In this document: positions 37,504 through 47,263 of the stretch, piece by piece
Position numbering within the stretch: the stretch's first letter is position 1
Layout: each line of letters begins with the position of its first letter
Source: a virus
IMG/VR virus record: IMGVR_UViG_3300003154_000789
Span: 61,331-125,330 of that record
DNA length: 64,000 nt
Reading direction: 5' to 3' (one strand)
Translations under genes and position numbers: made by a program
Notes under the pieces: generated by a model
What the model was told of the DNA's origin: nothing
Database searches by the model: none
What the model saw: the letters and a program-made list of their open reading frames with translations, nothing else

Positions 37504-38420
37504 GCAGCCTTCTCCTTTCCGTAGAGATTCCATTCAGCATGGAAGTTCATATCATTGGCTTTCACTTTTGCCAATGCTTCGTTGAAATAAAATATGGAGT
37601 CATTGCTCAGTCGCGGAATCAACGAGACCTCAATCATTTTCATGGCGACTGCAGCATCACCATTGGAAATGGTATTCCGCACCTGATTCTCATCCATTTC
37701 TTCAATGAGTTCATCTGCCTTGCCATTACGAACAATGGACAGGGCATCCTGAGTTAAGGAATACATCATCATCACTGTGATCGGGCTTTTGAGCCAGTAG
37801 TTGGAAAGCACCCGGTATTCTACACCATATTCTTTGGGTCGGTGGGCACCAGGTTTGCCATAAAGCTGCCGCCGATCAATGGCTTCTTTGTTGGAGTCAA
37901 GTACCGAAGAGATGATGCCATGAATACAGTCCATAATCTTCACCATCTGCAGCTTTCCCTCAAAGTCGAGCAAGAAGACATTTTCATCTTTTCCGTCGGT
38001 TCCCACATGGATATGAGCCCCGCAAGAGCGGAAAGTGTTGTCCACTGCACAAGGTTTGTCATTTTCTTTTACTTCCCAGGCATCGAAATCCGGGTTACAG
38101 CCAAATGCTTGTGCTTCAGGATGGGTAAGCTGATCAGGATCGAAGCTTGCAGAAGGTGCCGCCACTATTTCGGTATCGCTGGGCAAGGTCTTGATGGCTT
38201 CCGTTAGTGTGTTTCGAATGTTACTTACAAAACTTTCCACACTGTCTGCAGGATCTGTGGCTATTTCCATCGCCACGTTATCTCTCTGGATATTTCCACC
38301 GAGTGGAAGCCTGAAAGGCATGTCTTTTGTTCCGGTAATGAATGGGATTGCAGAAATCAACTTTCCACTTTTACGCTCTTTCAAAAAGAATTCGGGATCA
38401 CACCCAATAGTCATTGTCAT
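37500..38420 (-). CDS. phiEco32-like COOH-NH2 ligase #3
   Basis: IGCDPEFF, DNVAMEI, GCNPDF, GAHIHVG, RRQLYGKPG..R.KEYGVEYRVLSNYW. Confidence 0.92.
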   Translation of the reverse strand: MTMTIGCDPEFFLKERKSGKLISAIPFITGTKDMPFRLPLGGNIQRDNVAMEIATDPADSVESFVSNIRNTLTEAIKTLPSDTEIVAAPSASFDPDQLTHPEAQAFGCNPDFDAWEVKENDKPCAVDNTFRSCGAHIHVGTDGKDENVFLLDFEGKLQMVKIMDCIHGIISSVLDSNKEAIDRRQLYGKPGAHRPKEYGVEYRVLSNYWLKSPITVMMMYSLTQDALSIVRNGKADELIEEMDENQVRNTISNGDAAVAMKMIEVSLIPRLSNDSIFYFNEALAKVKANDMNFHAEWNLYGKEKAA

Positions 38421-38422
38421 TC

Positions 38423-39247
38423 TTACTTTCCTCCTTTAATGAGTTCATTTTTTCGCGGGAGATATTTCCCACACAGTTCACGGAACCTTTTTTGAGCCGA
38501 AGCAACATAATTGGTATAGTCTACGGTTTCATCCACAAATGAAAGCATTCCGCCATTAATGTGAACGTATTCGTGTTTTCCAGGCTCGGGCCAGGCAGTT
38601 TTGATATCGACATTTTTGAAAATTTCCTGATAATATTTCAGAATGATGTACATTTTATCCCAGAAACTCTGTAGATATGAAAGATTATCAGTAGTTACAC
38701 CATCATTACTTCTGCGTACCTTTTCCTTGATGTTATACAAACTGGCTTCCAGAGCATCATAACTGTCAGTGTTTAGTGGACCACTGATAGCAGCTAATCT
38801 CAAAATCCATGTAGCCAGGGAAAGCAGTTGTGGTTGTGATAACCATTCAGCCGGACCAGTAAGCAGCCATGCATTATCATAACATGGGTGTTTTACTGTG
38901 GTAATACTGCTCGGTTCCCAATTGTTGATCTTTTCCAAAATATTTAGAGCGGCTTTTCCACTGAATAGCTTACGACGGAAGTCCGCAAAATCTGCGGGGT
39001 CGTGGATAATCAAAAGTCTCAATTTTGAAAAATCAAAAGGAGGTAGGGAATCGTTTTGGTCATAATCATTTGCTGCATGCCAGACCTTCTTCAGAGCATT
39101 TTCTCGGCAGGTCATAGTACTGGTTAGCTGGGTCCTACCTGTTGCCGGGCTTGAAATGTAGGCAAAGTTGATAGACCCCATTCTGTAATGTACCTTTTCC
39201 GAACCAGGCAAGCCTTTGACTTGAATTAACTGCTTTTTTGCTGTCAT
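38423..39247 (-). CDS. CR[DE]-family unknown protein, paralog 1
   Basis: TCRE, KLRLLI, NILE, W..QPQLLSL..WILRL, GGMLSF. Confidence 0.7.
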   Translation of the reverse strand: MTAKKQLIQVKGLPGSEKVHYRMGSINFAYISSPATGRTQLTSTMTCRENALKKVWHAANDYDQNDSLPPFDFSKLRLLIIHDPADFADFRRKLFSGKAALNILEKINNWEPSSITTVKHPCYDNAWLLTGPAEWLSQPQLLSLATWILRLAAISGPLNTDSYDALEASLYNIKEKVRRSNDGVTTDNLSYLQSFWDKMYIILKYYQEIFKNVDIKTAWPEPGKHEYVHINGGMLSFVDETVDYTNYVASAQKRFRELCGKYLPRKNELIKGGK

Positions 39248-40044
39248 TATTTTGTAAGCTCCATTATGCGGTTATTGAGATCACTATCTGGTGTTTGACA
39301 TGAAGACAGACTCCATATTCCTCCACCGTTGTGAAAACTGTTGATGTTGTATGGACCATGAAATATGTCATGTACTCCAGCTTTTTTAGGAAAAAGTTTT
39401 GTTCTGTTCTTAATGATAAGATGCATTTTATCCCAACTTTTTCCAAGATAATTTGCATCGTTGTCTTGTATCTTCCCTCCTTTATGTTCATCGTTCAAGC
39501 CCTTGAACTTTTGTACCAATTCGTCGCCATCTTTGAACACAATCTCTTTGTCTCCAAGACGGATCAAGAAGGTATACATAGAAATCAAGAACGGAGATGT
39601 CATCCACATTTGTGGACCAACAAATGAGTAGACTGCTTTCTTATTGGAGCCTTTTGGGTCTACCTCCTCCAACTTTGACAAGGATACTTTTGCATGCGAT
39701 TCGAAATGATTTACCAGAGCAAGCCCGGCTTCCATCTTTTTCTTGAAACCAGCAACATTATCTTCTTTGAGACCATCCTTCGATATAAGCATTCTCATCT
39801 TTTTCAAATCAATGTTTGGGTTCGTAGAGGAATTAAAGGTAAACCCATAGATAGCACAAGGTGTATTTGTGATCTGGGCACGCACAGCATCATGGAGAAA
39901 ATCTCTGCATTTGACCCATTCGTGACACACTTTGGATCCTTTCTCTGGAGATGATACAAATGCAAAGAGCATTCCTGTTTGCTGATAAATTTCGTTTAAA
40001 CTTTTTGGGGCTTTAAACCACTCTACGGTAGTCTGTTTAGGCAT
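39247..40044 (-). CDS. CR[DE]-family unknown protein, paralog 2
   Basis: KCRD, KMRMLI, NHFE, W..SPFLISMY..LIRL, GGIWSL. Confidence 0.7.
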   Translation of the reverse strand: MPKQTTVEWFKAPKSLNEIYQQTGMLFAFVSSPEKGSKVCHEWVKCRDFLHDAVRAQITNTPCAIYGFTFNSSTNPNIDLKKMRMLISKDGLKEDNVAGFKKKMEAGLALVNHFESHAKVSLSKLEEVDPKGSNKKAVYSFVGPQMWMTSPFLISMYTFLIRLGDKEIVFKDGDELVQKFKGLNDEHKGGKIQDNDANYLGKSWDKMHLIIKNRTKLFPKKAGVHDIFHGPYNINSFHNGGGIWSLSSCQTPDSDLNNRIMELTK

Positions 40045-40059
40045 TAACGTTGTTTCCTC

Positions 40060-40572
40060 CTATAAATGTTTATTTGTATCGGTAATAAGAATACCTTTGT
40101 TGTGATCAATTTCATGTTGAATTGTGCTACCACCCTCTGCTATGGTGAAGCGTGTTTGAACGTGCTTTCCCTCGATATTGTAATAGGATACTTCAACCCA
40201 CTCTCGACGTGTAACTGAAACTTTTTCAGTAAGACATAACGAGCCACAATTCGATTGCACTATACGAGTTTGTTTGGACATTCTAACTATGGTTGGGTTG
40301 AGCATATGAGTCACGATATCATTCTTTAATATAGTGATTATGTTGAAAGGAATTCCTACATTGGCTCCAGACAGACCGGAAAGTTTTGGATAGTCTTCAT
40401 ACTTTTGAACAAATACCCACTCCATATACTCACAGATGTTCAGGATTACTGCTCGATATTCCTTATTACCCGTGAACAATCTTATGTTTATGTTGAACAA
40501 TGGGCGACGAAGGCAGTCGTTTTCGCTTTCCGAGTTTTGGACTAGATTGCTTTTTATCTTTATTTGGTCCAT
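40060..40572 (-). CDS. divergent peptide deformylase-like protein
   Basis: GLSGANVG, NCGSL (in place of EGCLS), QHEIDH. Confidence 0.7.
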   Translation of the reverse strand: MDQIKIKSNLVQNSESENDCLRRPLFNINIRLFTGNKEYRAVILNICEYMEWVFVQKYEDYPKLSGLSGANVGIPFNIITILKNDIVTHMLNPTIVRMSKQTRIVQSNCGSLCLTEKVSVTRREWVEVSYYNIEGKHVQTRFTIAEGGSTIQHEIDHNKGILITDTNKHL

Positions 40573-41290
40573 TGATTTTTGCCTTTGCAGTATTGGGTTT
40601 TGTCATTTCTTGCGTGCATACATTCTTTTCATTTACACTGCTATTTTCATAAGCATGACGAAACGAATTGAATTTTTTAACTGCTTGGTGTACTTTATTT
40701 GGAAACTCTTTACCACAAGTGCCATTATAGTTCTGAAGAGCCTTTGTTATATTTCCTTCGTTCTGATCAATATAATATTTCAGTATTCCAATTCCAAGAT
40801 TGAGGTTTACCTTTATTCTATATAGATCCTTTCTTTGTTTTATGCCTAGCTTAGATCCCCACACTTTATATCTTATTTGCATAAGACCATGAGAGTCTTT
40901 GCTACTTTTGGCAAATTTATTATAAGAAGACTCGACATCAATCAATCCGGCAATTAATGAGAATGCTATCCCATGTTTAAGGCATTGTTTGCTTATTTCA
41001 GTAGCTATGATATCAATATCTCTTTCCAAGACTTTTGGAAATTGAGTTGTTATATAATCCCGTAAATCTTCTGTGTCTTTAGCTTCTTTTGTTGGTGGGT
41101 TTATGGGCTTATTTATACTTACAACTATTTCCTTTTCGATCACTGAGGTTTTTTCCATTATTTTAGCCATGTTGGCTTCGTAATTTTTACTCAAAACATA
41201 AAAGCACCACATGTTGCTTAAAATAATTAATGCAAGTATCACATTGATATTGTTGGAAACCCTTGATAAACTTTCGTAATGATCCTCCAT
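40466..41290 (-). CDS. lytic transglycosylase (SLT-like) with N-terminal membrane anchor
   Basis: LIDVES, GLMQI, N...G..IL, AL..YNG. Confidence 0.85.
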   Translation of the reverse strand: MEDHYESLSRVSNNINVILALIILSNMWCFYVLSKNYEANMAKIMEKTSVIEKEIVVSINKPINPPTKEAKDTEDLRDYITTQFPKVLERDIDIIATEISKQCLKHGIAFSLIAGLIDVESSYNKFAKSSKDSHGLMQIRYKVWGSKLGIKQRKDLYRIKVNLNLGIGILKYYIDQNEGNITKALQNYNGTCGKEFPNKVHQAVKKFNSFRHAYENSSVNEKNVCTQEMTKPNTAKAKINGPNKDKKQSSPKLGKRKRLPSSPIVQHKHKIVHG

Positions 41291-41323
41291 TGTTTGTTTT
41301 CTCTCTTTTTTAGTTGAAAATTT

Positions 41324-41689
41324 TTACCGGTTGTAGTAGCAATTAAAATGCCTGCAATATTGCCTGTCCTTTGGCCACTTGAATTCCGGTATCATTTGAC
41401 ATGTTAAAGTGCCATAATATCTAAGAGTTATGAATTCCTTAAATACTGGGCTTATAATGTTATTGGTGAAAATCCTATGGGTGAAGACCTTAAAGCCGCA
41501 ACCTTCAAAGAATTTAAGATCCCTATCTATATATGTCCTCTTATTTGGATCAAACAAGCTGTTATTTGTCCAGTGCTTGGTAAGAAGAAGTGTTGGTGGT
41601 TTTATTTTGATATAACAATTTTCACAAAATCTTTTTCTGCCTTGCAATATTGCATAGGGTATGACAAAACCACAAGAATCACAAACCAT
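41324..41689 (-). CDS. hypothetical Zn-finger protein
   Basis: CDSC...CENC. Confidence 0.5.
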   Translation of the reverse strand: MVCDSCGFVIPYAILQGRKRFCENCYIKIKPPTLLLTKHWTNNSLFDPNKRTYIDRDLKFFEGCGFKVFTHRIFTNNIISPVFKEFITLRYYGTLTCQMIPEFKWPKDRQYCRHFNCYYNR

Positions 41690-41794
41690 AATATCTCCAT
41701 TTCAACAAGATTATTGTTATGATTATATTGAACCATTCAATAATAATTTAAATGCTAAAACTACTATTGAATGGTATGTTGGCAGGGTGAGATG

Positions 41795-42340
41795 TTACTT
41801 TATTTTTAATCCGGTAACGGGTGTCACAGCAGGAATTGTTTCAAACGTGGCTTTTATCGTGTGGCTTGTACTAACATTTGTAAATGCATAAGTTGTTACT
41901 TTTCCTACAGATATTCCATCTACTGCAACATCTTTTATTTGATTTCCAGCATTTGGAGTAATGGTAAACGTAAGAGGTGTTACCGAACTGACCACTTTAG
42001 TCATTGCCGGAGTAATAGTACCAGAACCAACAACGGATGGAATTAAGGTCCAACAAGGCAGCTCGATAGAAAAATCGCTCTCCAAATTATCTGTCCCATC
42101 GACTGCAGTCACGGCAAAAAATACATTTTTGCCTTCAGCAATACCGGTAAGAGTGAATTGTGTTACTTTTCCAGTGTCCACACCCGGTCCATACACTCTA
42201 GAAGCTGTACCATAATACAACTTATAACTGGTAACTCTTGGGTCTGTATTTGCATCCCACGCAAGAGTAACCTCCGCAGCATGAATAGATGAGATGCTCA
42301 TCAAAAATAATACAGTAATCGCTAATAATTTTCTGATCAT
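41795..42340 (-). CDS. secreted fibronectin type III plus beta-repeat protein
   Basis: Signal peptide; VTLAWD...YKLYYG...FAVTA (FN3); V.VDG..VG...Y.F.NV...HTI.ATF repeat. Confidence 0.8.
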   Translation of the reverse strand: MIRKLLAITVLFLMSISSIHAAEVTLAWDANTDPRVTSYKLYYGTASRVYGPGVDTGKVTQFTLTGIAEGKNVFFAVTAVDGTDNLESDFSIELPCWTLIPSVVGSGTITPAMTKVVSSVTPLTFTITPNAGNQIKDVAVDGISVGKVTTYAFTNVSTSHTIKATFETIPAVTPVTGLKIK

Positions 42341-42364
42341 ATATTTTCTTTATTTATCTCCTTT

Positions 42365-43204
42365 TCATTTTGGAATTTCTGCCGCTACTTTTTTCCAGTT
42401 GGCTCTAAGATCATTATCACCATAACCATCGATTAGGTATTTAATACCACTAGAGCCGGAATTTGCTCTGAAGTTTTCTTCAAGGCTTTTATTAAAGAAT
42501 AAAACATTGTGATTGTTGAGAATAGGCATCCAATACTTCCAGGTTTGTTTCAGCCATGAAATATCGGTCACATTTGATTCACTTTTGGTTTTTAATACTG
42601 CTTTGGTTACTGTCTCAAGATCTTCAGTTTTCTTAAACTTCGAGAAATCTCTCCAGAAACGACCCAGTCTTACGATGAGTAGATACAATGAAAGAAGCTG
42701 TGGTGCTTGCATCCATTTGACAGAGCCTACAAAAACGAATACGTTAAAACAATTCTTATGTAAGTTCGCATCTTCACACATAGAAACACGTGTCAAAGCC
42801 CAGCCCTGGGTTTTTTCGAAGATATTTAACAGACGAGCTGCACATCTCATCCATTTTAGATCATCTTTAGTATTCTCTTCAAACAGACTCTTACTGTGCT
42901 TACGAACGACAGCTATTCTTGTCTTTTTGAAATCCAATTGTCTTTCATACACCCATCTTGGTGGTTTTGTGGTGCTAACGAATTTGCATATTTCTCCAGC
43001 AAAAGTTTCCCTGCAGCCATGCCAATTTGTTACCTGAGAAAACATTCCTTTTTCGGGACCAGGAGCCATCCATGAGAATTTCACTCCAGTATTTTCATAT
43101 ATGGTGTTTATCGGGCTAAGTTTACCAGACCAATCTATTTTTACTTTTTTCATACTGTAAAATCTCCAGATATCATAAATTTTATGTAGCATATTAAATT
43201 CCAA
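42365..43204 (-). CDS. CR[DE]-family unknown protein, paralog 3
   Basis: GCRE, KTRIAV, NIFE, W..APQLLSLY..IVRL, SGIKYL. Confidence 0.7.
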   Translation of the reverse strand: MEFNMLHKIYDIWRFYSMKKVKIDWSGKLSPINTIYENTGVKFSWMAPGPEKGMFSQVTNWHGCRETFAGEICKFVSTTKPPRWVYERQLDFKKTRIAVVRKHSKSLFEENTKDDLKWMRCAARLLNIFEKTQGWALTRVSMCEDANLHKNCFNVFVFVGSVKWMQAPQLLSLYLLIVRLGRFWRDFSKFKKTEDLETVTKAVLKTKSESNVTDISWLKQTWKYWMPILNNHNVLFFNKSLEENFRANSGSSGIKYLIDGYGDNDLRANWKKVAAEIPK

Positions 43205-43640
43205 AAATTTTCAATCCACTATAACCATTCTTGCCCCCATCACCCAACGGTCTTATATCGTAATCATGTTCTATGAACCATTCAGTACAATGGGGAAGTT
43301 TGGTTTGGATAAGCACATGCTTCTTTCCTAAGCTTCTTGCCCATTTTGGAGCATCCTCTATTACCCACCCCAGAAACAAATGAAGAGATTGTTCACTTAA
43401 TGGAGAAACTCCTCTAGTTCTTAGGGTCAAATCTTCAAGCATCAAGCATTTAAGCATCCGTGTAACTAAGCAACGAAAAATGGAACTGGGGTAGCAATCC
43501 AATTGGCTGTTACGATAAACAATGACATGTTCCATCTTATCTGTTTCTCTTTCAAAGTCTATAAATGGATTCACTTGAAGATTTAGTTGTCCTGTTTGTT
43601 TAATCACCTCTTCTTCATCTATTGTCATTTGTGAAAACAT
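43194..43640 (-). CDS. hypothetical protein
   Basis: 148-aa ORF. Confidence 0.6.
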   Translation of the reverse strand: MFSQMTIDEEEVIKQTGQLNLQVNPFIDFERETDKMEHVIVYRNSQLDCYPSSIFRCLVTRMLKCLMLEDLTLRTRGVSPLSEQSLHLFLGWVIEDAPKWARSLGKKHVLIQTKLPHCTEWFIEHDYDIRPLGDGGKNGYSGLKIFGI

Positions 43641-43655
43641 ATCAATTACCTCGCA

Positions 43656-43862
43656 TTACATCTTTGTTACTTGCAGCTTGAAAGATGTACCGTCCGACAT
43701 TTCGACAAGCACGCAATTTCCTTCTATACTTGTCAATACAGGAAATACTCTTTCGAACAGATCATTGTTAAAAGGCAGTTGAAAAAGCTCTTCATGTAAG
43801 GAATTGATAACATTTTGTCGTGTTAACTCCACATTTATCTCTTGCTGTACTACACGTGCCAT
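43656..43862 (-). CDS. hypothetical protein
   Basis: ORF in gene run. Confidence 0.55.
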   Translation of the reverse strand: MARVVQQEINVELTRQNVINSLHEELFQLPFNNDLFERVFPVLTSIEGNCVLVEMSDGTSFKLQVTKM

Positions 43863-43866
43863 GATT

Positions 43867-44373
43867 TTATCTCCTTGACGCCCAGTGCGTCTCTAAGCAG
43901 TTAATGATATACTCCTTATCTACATTTGGAGCATACTCTTCTCTAATCATTTTTGCAATCCAATCAAAATCTTTTGGTGATTTAGCCATCAGTATGTAAG
44001 CTTCAGCTTCAACATCAGCTAAATATTTTTGTGAGAAAAGAGATGCCCAACAACTAAACGAAAGAGTGCGATAATATCTTTTTACATGGATAAGTTCGTG
44101 TTGGATTATTTCTTCATCATCGAATTGTGAAGGGGATATAAATATAAACACCCCTCGTTGCATGGCTGCAGAACCACCTGTAAGGATGCTTGAATTTGAG
44201 CCAATAAAAACAGGTAAAATGTTATAAACATGCCTTACTTCCATTCTCGAAGATAGCATAGTGATCATGGAAAAAACAAACGGTAGAATCAGGATAGCCA
44301 GAATAAATCTGTATCTTATTCCTATAATCTTCATACTGTTTCCTTTATATCCTATCAGAATTGAGTAGTTCAA
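43867..44373 (-). CDS. membrane-anchored putative zinc metallopeptidase
   Basis: N-terminal TM segment; HELIH (HExxH) and downstream EAEAY. Confidence 0.55.
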   Translation of the reverse strand: MNYSILIGYKGNSMKIIGIRYRFILAILILPFVFSMITMLSSRMEVRHVYNILPVFIGSNSSILTGGSAAMQRGVFIFISPSQFDDEEIIQHELIHVKRYYRTLSFSCWASLFSQKYLADVEAEAYILMAKSPKDFDWIAKMIREEYAPNVDKEYIINCLETHWASRR

Positions 44374-44596
44374 ATCTGTTTACCTCATTTAGTACAACGG
44401 GTTTTATCACCATACGTCCAACATCTTCTTTTCTTGAATCTTCGAAAACTTTTTCGATAACCCCTGAAAGATTGAGAGCAGTCATGCTTGTACCGATATA
44501 CTTTCCACCTTTAACGATGTACTCGACGTTAAATTTTGTCGGTTGTTGATTTCCAGGAATGCCAAGCTTGTTTACCAGCCATGTAGCACAGTCCAA
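44345..44596 (-). CDS. hypothetical protein
   Basis: ORF in gene run. Confidence 0.5.
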   Translation of the reverse strand: MDCATWLVNKLGIPGNQQPTKFNVEYIVKGGKYIGTSMTALNLSGVIEKVFEDSRKEDVGRMVIKPVVLNEVNRFELLNSDRI

Positions 44597-44693
44597 TTTA
44601 AAATCCTCCTTATGAAGAAATGCTCACCCATGCAAATAGAACCCCTAGCCAGGATATGGATCATGGTTCTATACGCAATGGGTGAACAAGGCA

Positions 44694-45005
44694 CTACTTC
44701 TTTTTCTTCTGTTTCTGCTGACCGACACGTGCTTTCTTCGCGTCTTTCGTAGCCAGATCAGGTCGATAATGTTCCCCAAGAGGACATCGAAAATCTGGTC
44801 GCCACCAATTTGAAGGATTGACATATGCTGTACAACGACAGGCAGCGTCTGTGAAAGACTTACCTCCTTCAATATCAATCGGCTCGATGCGTTTGCAACG
44901 CTCGGATACAATAAATTTTTGCTCAATTTCGGAAAAGCCTTCGCCACGACACTTTGGATGTACTGGCAATCGCTCTTTCATAAGTTGTTCCGTAATTTTG
45001 TCCAT
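44694..45005 (-). CDS. hypothetical Cys-containing basic protein
   Basis: ORF with RBS AGGAG. Confidence 0.6.
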   Translation of the reverse strand: MDKITEQLMKERLPVHPKCRGEGFSEIEQKFIVSERCKRIEPIDIEGGKSFTDAACRCTAYVNPSNWWRPDFRCPLGEHYRPDLATKDAKKARVGQQKQKKKK

Positions 45006-45025
45006 GAATACTCCTTTATGATAAA

Positions 45026-45214
45026 TTAATCTGGTTGTAAGATATATCTTGGTTTAAGAACAAACATCTCAATTTTACCTGCTCCCCAGGGTTTGAAATA
45101 TTCTATCGCTGCGTCAATGGCATCACTGAGTCTGTGCTTATTGAGCTGCTGATTATGAATTTGATTAGGAAGATGAGCTTCCAATCCAAATCCATCTATA
45201 TAAACATTGGTCAT
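45026..45214 (-). CDS. hypothetical protein
   Basis: ORF in gene run. Confidence 0.5.
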   Translation of the reverse strand: MTNVYIDGFGLEAHLPNQIHNQQLNKHRLSDAIDAAIEYFKPWGAGKIEMFVLKPRYILQPD

Positions 45215-45405
45215 ATTGACTTACTCTCCTTATATTCAATGTTGATGCTCTTCACAAGACCCTTTTTGCATTGGATTATATAGTCTATCACCTTTGACAG
45301 TTGCCTGTTTCCAGGAAATTCATCTCTGTACATGACATATCCTCTACAAAACTCATTTGCCATTGTTGTTTCGGTTACTATAGTTTGTTGCGATATCATG
45401 ATCAA
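45211..45405 (-). CDS. hypothetical protein
   Basis: ORF in gene run. Confidence 0.5.
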   Translation of the reverse strand: MIMISQQTIVTETTMANEFCRGYVMYRDEFPGNRQLSKVIDYIIQCKKGLVKSINIEYKESKSI

Positions 45406-45662
45406 TGAAGCACCTCAGTTATTATTTTCTTTAAAACATCTCCAAACAACATGATCAGACTGAAAAAGATGCCTAACAAGAAACCCCCAACAAGCCTCAA
45501 CGCGAGATCTGCACTACGACTTTCTTTTTTATCCGAAAGTTTCTTTTCCAGATAATTATAGGCGGCATCTATACCCATGAGTCTATTGGTATGAAATGAT
45601 TTTTCAATCTTCTCTGACCAACCAGCTGTAATCTCTGATAATCCTTCTACTTGTTTTTCCAT
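45402..45662 (-). CDS. hypothetical membrane protein
   Basis: C-terminal hydrophobic helix. Confidence 0.55.
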   Translation of the reverse strand: MEKQVEGLSEITAGWSEKIEKSFHTNRLMGIDAAYNYLEKKLSDKKESRSADLALRLVGGFLLGIFFSLIMLFGDVLKKIITEVLH

Positions 45663-45726
45663 TCAAATCTCCTTCTTCCATCGCAAAGCGGGCCAGAGAG
45701 CTCCAGAAACCAGAAAACCAAAACAA

Positions 45727-46530
45727 TTATTGTTTCTGCCATTTCTCCCATGCTTTTCTCATAAGATCATCAATGTCTTTAACATCAGTTTCGTACCGAC
45801 ACAGACTGACTATTCCTCCGCAACTGTGCCAACTTGTTACTTTTCGAAGAGGATACCAGAAAGCATTCGTTTTTGAACCAAACAAATCATCATAATATTC
45901 CATCAACATACGAAATCTTTCCCATGAGTTTGTCAGGTAATGACCACAGTCATTGTATCTCCCACTATTCTTTTCACACAATTCCTTGAATCTTTGTTCG
46001 ACTTCCTTTACGTTTCTAAGCTGCTCAAAGCCGCCTGATTCAACAACGATCCTGAAAATCAAGGTAATCATAGACACGAGGTGAGATGATTTTAGCCATT
46101 CAGGAGGGCTTATTACTACCCAGCAGAACTTTATATTCGGGTTTGAATGCTCTACACGTTTAATGACACTTCTCTTCTTAAAACCAGCGATGTTCTCATA
46201 CATGTTTATAATGTTTTTGGCCGCCCGAAGTTTCCTGTGAAGATCTTCCCTTGTTTCACCCATCGAAAGATCTTTTGCAATGAGAAGTCTAAGGCGAGCT
46301 GTATCAACCGGTACCATGCCTTTTTTCCAGTGACTTGATCCAACATTTCCAGCTGTCACATTGAAAAAGGAGATAAGGCAATCGTTAATGTAATCACGGC
46401 AGGTATCAAAGCAAAGAATCTGCTTACGTCCATCTTTTAGAGAGGAGAGAAGGGAAAATGATATTCTAGAGCCAATACCGTAGCAAGCCTTGCCATTTCC
46501 ACCAACCTTGATTACGTTAGTATTCTTCAT
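45727..46530 (-). CDS. CR[DE]-family unknown protein, paralog 4
   Basis: TCRD, RLRLLI, NMYE, W..SSHLVSM..LIFRI, GGIVSL. Confidence 0.7.
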   Translation of the reverse strand: MKNTNVIKVGGNGKACYGIGSRISFSLLSSLKDGRKQILCFDTCRDYINDCLISFFNVTAGNVGSSHWKKGMVPVDTARLRLLIAKDLSMGETREDLHRKLRAAKNIINMYENIAGFKKRSVIKRVEHSNPNIKFCWVVISPPEWLKSSHLVSMITLIFRIVVESGGFEQLRNVKEVEQRFKELCEKNSGRYNDCGHYLTNSWERFRMLMEYYDDLFGSKTNAFWYPLRKVTSWHSCGGIVSLCRYETDVKDIDDLMRKAWEKWQKQ

Positions 46531-46546
46531 TTAAAATTCCTTTCTA

Positions 46547-47101
46547 TTATATGGTTTTGAATTGATGAATTCCATATTCCTTCAACAGCAGTAGTATTTC
46601 ATTAAAAGAAACTGGTTTTTCCCATACATCTACACCGACGTTTACGATGCGTTTTTCAGGAAGTAGATGTTTGAATAAGTTATGAATGTGACCGCATAAC
46701 ATGATGGCTTTAGGATCATTTTGAATGATTGTGTATTTTGCGGGGTCATGTATCAAATAGAAGGTAAATCCTTCATGTTGAAACCAATAGGCAGTATGTA
46801 CTGTCCAGAAACCAGCACTTTCATAAGAGTGGGCACGCCATTCATCGTGGTTTCCCAATACTAAATGCTTTATACCATTGAACTTTGATATTTCCTTTGA
46901 AACTTTTCTGGCATATTCAGACGAAAGCATTGTAACATCACCAATATTCCAGACCTCATTTTTGACAGAAACCACTTGATTATGTTTGAATTGCAACATC
47001 TTATGCATCTGGTTGATGTCTTTATACGGTCTGCTACAATATTCTCGTATGTTATCATGAAATAAATGCCAATCTGCTACAAAGTAGGTGTTTAGAAGCA
47101 T
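46547..47101 (-). CDS. calcineurin-like metallophosphoesterase
   Basis: DWH, GD, GNHD, H, GHIH motifs. Confidence 0.9.
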   Translation of the reverse strand: MLLNTYFVADWHLFHDNIREYCSRPYKDINQMHKMLQFKHNQVVSVKNEVWNIGDVTMLSSEYARKVSKEISKFNGIKHLVLGNHDEWRAHSYESAGFWTVHTAYWFQHEGFTFYLIHDPAKYTIIQNDPKAIMLCGHIHNLFKHLLPEKRIVNVGVDVWEKPVSFNEILLLLKEYGIHQFKTI

Positions 47102-47263
47102 GCTTACTCCTGCGTGGCAAAGATATGGCACCTTTCATTTGCCGCGACGAAAATATTTGATTGCTGCCATATGCCATTTTCTTTTATCAATGTGGATATC
47201 GGTGAGCATTCTCCAACAATACGAGCTATTGTTGACATGTCATCGCTGTTTAATTTTTCTTTC

